Below, piece after piece: positions 49,774 through 58,700 of a stretch of DNA of 64,000 nt. The stretch is from a virus. The notes below the pieces were generated by a model that was not told where the DNA came from, searched no databases, and was given only the letters and a program-made list of their open reading frames with translations. The stretch's first letter is position 1; each line of letters begins with the position of its first letter. Made by a program: the position numbers and the translations under genes. The stretch spans positions 32,001 through 96,000 of IMG/VR virus record IMGVR_UViG_3300027728_000006. One strand, given 5' to 3'.

Positions 49774-52700
49774 TTAAACTACGTTAGTTGGAGGAGGAGG
49801 TTTTATGAAGCCTCCTTTTTGAAGTTCAGCTTGCATTGCGACAACCCTTTGAACCACCTCTTGAACTTGATTTTTTATACTCTCCGCCAATTGACTAACT
49901 TGTGTTTCTGAATTTTCTACGCTTGCAACCCTTCCCTGCTCTATATTTATATTAATAGGCAAATTTATCGAATCTACATTTGTAGTATTACTAGCCTGAT
50001 CTCTTGATGAGTTGCCCGCAGCCCCCCCAGAGGTTCCTCGATCTGGAACCTGCTGACCAGGTGGAACCACACCATTTGACGCACCCGAGCCACCATTTGG
50101 AGGGGCTGGTTTGGGCGGCATGAAATTCTCAATAGGCTTCATTGCCGACGGTGAGTAATAGTTTTCCGAACCTGACATGTAATATCCATTTTTTTCTGCA
50201 TCTTTAATCTGAGCCGATTCAGCCTGCATTCTACTTAATTTCTTTTCGCCGCTTTCTGGAAATGGAAGCTCATCCCCCACAACAAAACTACTATTATAAC
50301 CACTAACTAAAGAACTCGCTGCACCCACTCTACTTTCACTTTTAATTACCTCTGCTGATGCAGCAGCCTGCTGACTTCTCGCCTGCTGAAGTGAAACAGC
50401 AGCACTTTTTACCAATTCATAAGCATCTGATTTTTTTAAAAAATCTTCGCTTGTTATATCCATTCCCTCTGGATCCGTACCAAATTCCTTTTGAACAATA
50501 TTGCCACGACCCAGCGCCACTTGAGCTCTAGCAAGACCGATATTTTTTTCAGAATAAATTTTGTCAGATTTAGCTATATAATCGGGATTTGTAGCTTCAC
50601 TTTCTGTAGCTATACTCATCCTGCCCACTTTTGTTTCTAAAGCAAACTTTTGCCTATCGTTAAATAACTGCTCTGCCTCCTCTACTTTCGCTTTCGCTTT
50701 TTGTTCTTCCCCTTGCGAATCTTTAAGACCACTCTCGGCATCTTTCTTTGCATTTTCAGCTGTGATTTTTCTTTCTGATATTTGACTGGCAATCAATCCG
50801 TCTTTTATGCCAGCAGCCATCTTAGAAACATCAAAAGATCCTTCTATAGCTTCCACCACGCTACTAAATCCATTACTACTAACTTTTGTTAATTCATTTA
50901 TACCTAAAAATTGAAGCTTACTATCTCCGCTAACGCCCTTGTAAGCGTCTTGCAATTCTTTTGGTAAATTTTCAAATTCTTTTTTAGTATAGTCCTCAGT
51001 TACCCCATCAACATATTGAGAACTGTCAATCACTCCCAACTTCTGCATTAATTGAAGATTTGAAGAAACGCTAGCCCCACCCTCCTTGTCTGTTCCAAGA
51101 GAAGACACCTGATCTCTCATACGCTTGAAAACATCTGAACCCAATGCTCCGCCAGACTGCTTTTCAAGATCGTCTATTGATTGAGCAAGCATCTGACTAT
51201 AACCTTGAGAAATTGCTTGGAAATTCATATCGCCCATACTCGTAATCGGGGCTCCAGTAAATTTTGTTAATGTAGACAACGTATCTGTCAACGCTCCTAA
51301 AGAATCAAGAGCTGGCGTTTTTCCAGTATTTTTATCTATAATTTTCCCATCCTCACCTTTTACTAAATTATTTACATTGTAGCCACCGCTAACGGTTTTT
51401 GATAAAGAATCTTTAGCTTGATTAATAAGCGAGTCCTCAGCTCCAAGTAAATTTGGAATTATCTGCTCTGCACCGCCCCCAAGATTTTGAGCCTGTGTTA
51501 TTTTTTCCTTAGCTCTGTCAAATGCAAGCTGCTGAGCAAGCAAAGCCTTTTGTTGTAATTCATTTCTATTCGAAATTTTAATACCATTATTTACTGAACC
51601 CAACTCCTGAATTGTTTTATTTTTAAGCTCCTGAATTTGAGTAGCTGTAAAACTGCCAGATGCGATCAATTTTTCTATCAGAGCATCCAATGTGCCCTTT
51701 GCTCCAGCGGTATCCCCCTGTAGGATTTGATTCATAGCTCCGCTTCCTATTAATTCATTTTTAAATTCCGTTTTTTTCAACTCGAATTCCGAAGTTGCTG
51801 ATTTTATTTCTGAATCGCTCATTCCAGAAGTGGCTTTTTCATCAAGAGAAGCAGAATTAATAAGATTTCCGATAGATTCAAAAATGCTAGTAGCGCCGGT
51901 TGTCTTTGCTTGCTCTTTTTCCTGTCTTGTCGTCTGCTCTATAGAGAAAATTCTATTATTTTCATCTCTCTTTTTGGAGACATTTGGCATATTAATCAAA
52001 TCGTAAATTTCTTTACCAAAATTTCCCCTATTACTTTCTAAATCTCCAGCGAACTTAACTTTACTTAAACCTTCTTCCATTGCATATTTAAAATCTGAAA
52101 AAAGTTGGTCTACTTCTGACTTTGCAGAGGAAACTCTAGCGCCGGCTTGATCGGCTCTCTGTCTATCCTGAGCTTTCTTTTCCGCCTCTTTCTTTTGCCT
52201 TTCTGCAATATTTTTTCTAACTTCTTCAATTTTTTCTTGTCCAGATATAAATTTATTATTTATCGTCTGATACTCTTGGAGCCATTGTTGCAATTGATCA
52301 GGTCTATTCATAGTATCTCTAAGACTAGATAGGATTTGAAGTTCCTCCGACGTCACTTCTCCACCACTTTTCGCATAAGATGCTTGCAAAGCATTTAAAA
52401 GTTGCCCCTTTAAATCTTGAAAGTTGTTCATATTTACCCCGCCGTCATTCTCTATCCCTAGGACTTGAATATCATTCAATTTTTTTGCAAAATCCCGAGA
52501 GCTTTCCAAAGCCTCATTCATTACGGTCGAAGGATCGTCAGTCGTTTTGGTATAATTATATGTTTGAGCAGTTACGCTTTGAACATCTTCACTAGAAAGT
52601 TTTCTACCATACATCAGATCAAGCATTTCAGAAAGACTCTTCCCAACATAGTCAGTCTTATCGTTTTCCGTCTGTATCCCAACCATTCTATCAAAAGCTG

Positions 52701-55700
52701 CTGATACATTATATAATTGTTTCCCAAGATTATTTATTGTAATATCAGAAAAAGCTTGAGTAAAGCTTCCCATTCTCTCAAAAACGCCTTCTTGCGCATT
52801 TTCATACGTCCCACGATTACTTGCAACTACTTCTTTAGATATTTTTTGTAAAGATAAACGCTCCAATATTTCAGAATAAACCACTTGCGCATTTCCTAAT
52901 CTTTCCGCTGCTACTAATTGCTCCTGATACTTAATAGGCATTGCTGTCAATGAGTCGATATACTGCTTTTCCGCCGTGATAATATCACCCTCGGAAGAAT
53001 TTGGATTAACTCTAATTTCAGCTAGTTTTTGAGAACTGTTTAAAAATTGCTGTGCCGAATCACTAAATTTTGTAAAATTTTCTGTCGCTGCTGTTACCGC
53101 TTTTTCTAATTCTGGCATTTTAGATGTAAATGCTTTTTCAATTTTTGGAATTTCCATTAACGCAGCTATTGCTGCGCCCGCAGCTGCTCCCCAAGGTCCA
53201 GCTATCAATGCTCCAGTTCCAGCCATTCCAGCTATATTGCCCAAGCCCTCGACGGTTGCAGCAGCCTCCCTACCGCCCTGCGTATTTTGCGGAATAAACG
53301 AAGCAATCTGTGGCGCGATGATCTGTGCAGCCATTCCAGCTTGCGAAGCTATTGATGCTAATCTTTGTTTTTTTTCTTGGGCTATTGATTTTCTTTGCTC
53401 CGCCACCGCTTCTTTATTTGAACTTATTAAATCTTTTCTACTTCGAAGCTCTTGCTCAGCCGCGTTCTTTTTTTCACTAGCGTCCTGATCAATTCTTTTT
53501 ACCTCTTTATCATAAGCATCGCTCAAAGCTGTTTTCGCGGCTTTAAGCCTTTCGTCTGCTTCCTGAATCCTTGGATCACCAATGGTAATTTGACCAGATG
53601 CCTGTTGAGCCATTAAGTCTTTATATATTTTGTCTTGGGCTTGCTTGTTTGCCGCCGCAGCCTTGAACTCAGGCGCGGATATCGCTTCTTTCAATGTATT
53701 CCTCTTATCCAATCTGTCGGTTTGCGCCTGAATCTCTTTTTCAAATGATGGAATTTCCGCAGAAGCCTTATCATTAGCCTCCGACATGTTCTTTATGGAT
53801 TTTTCACCCTCTTTAATACTTTCTCCAAATTGCCTCATTTCGCCTCTTAAAAATATGGCAGAAAAAGCCACGCCTTGAAGACCAGCAATTAAAGCGGCAA
53901 TTGTATTTTCATTACCATCTCCAGACGCATCAGCTGCAAAATTAGGAATGAACCCACTCGCCGCCCCATAAGTTTTCGGATTACGCCCCTCTTTTTTAGC
54001 TCTTTTAATCCCCTGAATTCCACCGCCTGGCTCATCTCGCCTATTTGCCACCATTAACCCCATTGGGTTATTTTTATTCTTTAAAGAACTATGCTTGTCA
54101 ACATATATTTGACTCTTAGACAAGCCAGAAGATTGCTCTCTTGCTATTGCATCATTTAAAGCATTTGAGAAATTAGGAATGAAACCAGAACTCAACCTCT
54201 TATTGAGAACTCTTGCGTTTAAAAAACCAGGCTTTCCCATTAAATCAAGGTTATCGTCAACTATTTTAGATCCTCGTTTTTGGGCTTCTACCAATTTGTC
54301 TTTTGGCTTGACGCCAAAACTAATTTTATTTACAGGAAGACCAAGTCTTGAAGAAGTTTCCCTTATTGCTTTTTCAAAAAGCGGCGGACGACTAGTCAAC
54401 ACATCAAACTTTTTCTTTCCAGCCTTTAACTTTTTACCTATAGGGAGAAGATCCCTTTCTTTCAAGGATCCTAATTGCCTTATATATTCATCTTCGCCGC
54501 CTCGAATTTTTGGAATAATTGTACCATCCCAATCATACATATTTTTTCTAACTTGATCTGCAAAATTTGGAATAAAACCACTAGCCGAGACGCCAGCCGA
54601 GCCGCCCATTGCAGAGGAAAAACGACCCTCAATTAAAGATCTGAATTTTGAACCTTCGGCAGATCTCCTAGACACATTAGACATGCGCTTATTACTTATA
54701 ATATCAAGACCTTCAAGATTTTTTACAAAAGTATTTTCATTCGCCGAAAGCGAAGCCAAATTACCCTTATTTTTAAATATTTTTTCCTGTATTCTTGTGG
54801 TAATTTCATCAACCGCCTTAGCACCAGAATATGTAGCTCCTGGGTTTTTACCATCAAAATCCAACTGAACAGGATTAAAACCCAATGATTTAAACAACTC
54901 ATTTTGATTTACATTCTTAAATATAGAAGAAGCCATTATGGATGAAACTCCAGCATATTTTCTAGGATCTGAAATGAGCCTACCAACACCCTCATTAGAA
55001 TTAGCTTTTGACATTGTAGCTTTTGAATAAGCCAAATGAGAAGCCTCATGGAATAATGTATCTGGTGTTGCTCCAACTCCCAACTGTATATTTGGCTTCA
55101 AACCAGGTTTTGAAAAATTAGCCCTTCCTCTGACCCCGAATGGCAAACTGCCATCCTTTTTTATATCTAAGAAATTTGGCACAAAGCCAGAAGCGTGTTG
55201 AGTTTGAAGATCGACTCCAAGACCCCCATATTCGTCAGCCTCCACATTCCCGAAATAACTTTGTAATTTTTTTGGATCTTTTTTTAATTCATTTATTTTA
55301 GCATTAACAAAGGATGCAAATTGATCGCGGGTCATCTTTTCTATTTCCATGCCCTTGTGACCATACACTTCAAACATGGAACTCTTAGCAAGATCTGCTC
55401 TTTTAATTTGCGGGTATAAAGTTTCGGCGGAAACAGGCTCTCCATTTTTTATTTTTTGAAGCAATCTATTCATCTGAGGCAACAATTGCCCCTTCATTTT
55501 TTTACCTTTATTTCTTTTTATTGCTTCTTCGTACAGGGCGCTACCGTACCCCTTACCCCTATATGCTTTTTCAACAGTAAGATCGCCAACATCCACATTG
55601 CCAGGCTTGTCTTCAGAGTAAGAAAATCCGCCCACTTTTTTACCGCCGAGAATAGCATTTATACTCGAAAAGCCAAACTCGTCTTTTTTGCTTTGAGAAA

Positions 55701-58700
55701 ATGAAAGACCAGAAGTTTTTGCAAAATTAGGAACAAAGCCGGAACTCGATAGCGGCACGCCATACTTATCAGCAAACATACCGCTTAAGCGTTTTAAAAT
55801 CTTAGGAGGCAATGTTTGCTTTTTCTTCTTTAAATCGTCACGAGCTTCCCTAAGAGTGATAATTTTTTGCTGTATGTCTTGTGGCGTATTTTTCGTTATT
55901 CTAGATGGCAATTCAGCAAGCTGATTTTCAATTGGGGTAAGATCCTTGTCAATCTCAGAACTGACCCTCCTCATTATCTCTTGAGCAGCCTCAGTTCTCC
56001 TCTTCATAGCTGGAGTTATTTGATTAATTGCTGGCAAGACGTGCTCCGGAAAAATTCTAGACATCGCCTCAGAATCACCAGACAACATAGCCTCCCTGGC
56101 TTTGGTTCCACTAATTCCTTCAGTTCTACTGCCAACTGAAACATCATAACCAGCCTGTTTATATTTTGTAAGATCTTTCTCTGTCTTATCAGAGCCAACA
56201 AAGGCTGTACTTCCAGGTTGTGCAGATAAGAATCTTCTCCTGCCCTCAACCGGATCAACTTCTAAATGGCGACGAATTCCCCCAGTAAAATCAGACCCAG
56301 CCTTAACTACATTAGCCCCCTCAAAAGTTTTCTGAGCCAAATATTTTCTAACGTTTTGGTCGAAGACCAAAGTCCTCAAGGAATGCGGATCATTTTGATC
56401 TAATTTTCCACCTTCTCTTGAAATAGCAACAACAAAATCCTCAGGAGGTATACCCTTACCCCTTGCCATATCCATCATCTCAAGATGACCCTTAGTAGAA
56501 GGAGAAAAAGCGCCATAAGCTAATCCCAAGCGTTTTTTTTCTACAATTGGCAGATCTTTTTCCTTTTTTCTTTTAAGTCCAAAATTGGGATTAATTCCCA
56601 TAATTCTTGTTTTTTCTGAACCCAAAGTGTCAAGAGCAACAGCCTCTATATAGGCGCTGTCTAGTCCAGCAGATGTCGAAGTTCCAGCCTCTCTTCCAAA
56701 ATTAGTTTTAGATGTCCCCTCCGAGATTTGAGAATCTCTTAAACTTCTTCTGCGCTTTATTTCTTCTTGCTCCGCTGGAGTAGAGGATGAGAGTATCATC
56801 AATCTATCTAATTCTGACCAATATCCTTTATCAATTGCAGCAGCGGTGCCAACCAGCGAAGCCCTAGTATCCACAATCTCGTCAACCTTGTCAATATCAG
56901 ATGGAATAATTATCGGAATTCTTTGCGTTTTCCTAAATTTTGAGTTATCAGCTCTTTCAGAATTTTTTCCACCAAGCATCATTGAACTTTTTCCAGCTCC
57001 AGGAACGCCAAAAACGCCTGTAAATTTCTTAAGAGATCCAGCCTTCCTGGACTTTTTAGCTAATTCTCCTAGGTATTTGTGATAACCAGCAACGCCGCCG
57101 CTTATACCTAAACTGGCTATTTGCTCTTCAACTATCGCGGTATATTTTGGATCGCTCAATACATCCCCGTCAAGATATCCTACCCTACGATCAGCAAAAT
57201 TAGGAATATAGCCAGAAGCTGAAGACGCAAGACCATGAACATCTACCCACTTCTTTAATGTACTTTTTAAATTATCTGGAGTTCTTGATATTTTTGCTTC
57301 ATACTGACCTGGAGCATTATGGAAAAACTTTTTAAGTTCAGGTGTTGGAGCTGGAAAATCTATTCTTTGAGTTTGACTTACAGCTGGAGCATTAAACGAT
57401 TTTCTTAAAGCAGTTTCGAAAACCGTTCCGGCAGCAGAACCAACAGAGCCAGCGTTGTCCAATGAAGAAGCGTCAGTTATCTGCTCTTTTCCTCCAAAAG
57501 TTTTAATTATGTTATTAGTAGCGCCAACTAAAGCATCCCCCACTACTCCCTTAATTCCATATCTTTGCAAATTAGTTCCAGAAGTATCCAGTCCAGCCGT
57601 TGCTATTTTAGCATCAAACAAATTATTACCAGCCTCTAATGAAACATTAGCCGAATCAAGACCCTGATTGCCGCCATGGACCATTGTATATCTATCTGAC
57701 AAATCGAGCTTTTTAACATCAAGGTTTTTCTTCTTTGCAGTTTTTTCTTTATCAACGGCGCGCATTGTTGTACCGCCGCCATACATCGCCTTAAATTTGC
57801 TACCCATCGACGCAAAATTAGGAACAAAGCCAGAAGCTTTACTTTCAAATAAATTTAATCCAACCCCTAACGCGGATAGATCTACCGTATCAGAATTGCT
57901 GTTTCCCTTATATGAAGGATTAGCTTTTCTTCCAAGATATGTAAGAGCCTTAGCATAAATAACATCGTCTTTTACTGGTTTTTTAGTAACTTTAGATTCT
58001 ACAAGTTGCTGCTTCGATAATTTATCTTTATATGAAAAATCTACCCCAAACTTATTTTTCAATTTAACAGGAGTAATGCCCATGTTTTTTAACATTATTT
58101 CTGTATCTATCTCTCCCAAAGCCCCCTTAACGTTACTTACATTGCCAATTTTGTTACCTGTAGCCAGCTTAGACTGATCGAAACTACCAGGTAAATAATT
58201 ACCAATAGGCACACCTTTATATTTTAAGGATGAGAGATCTTTTTTTTGCTCTAAAGAGCTATTTATTTTTATTTCTGCTATCTTATCATATGTTGAAGTA
58301 TTATAAGGTAATTTAATTCTATCAACTGATACATTTTCCGAATAATAATCAGTCTTGCTATTCTTTTTTCCACGAATTCCAAAATCATAAAGTTTTTTCA
58401 AATCGCCGCCACTCTTAACGCTGGACAAGCTCTCTACTTTGTTTTTAGCAAAATTAGGAATATACCCACCAGCAGCATATTGAGTATTTTCACCAAAACC
58501 ATTTGGAGGACGAACTACGGTAGCCTTTTTACCAGCAGCATTAGTAAATGTCTTTACATCTTCTTTATTATTAACAAAAGATTTAAACGACTTTCCATTG
58601 CCGTCATGTATGGTTGTTTTTTTAGCCTTGCCAGCCCTGTAGCCATGCTCTCTAGCGCCAGCATTTTCCATCGCTTGACCAACATTTCTATCGGACGCAA

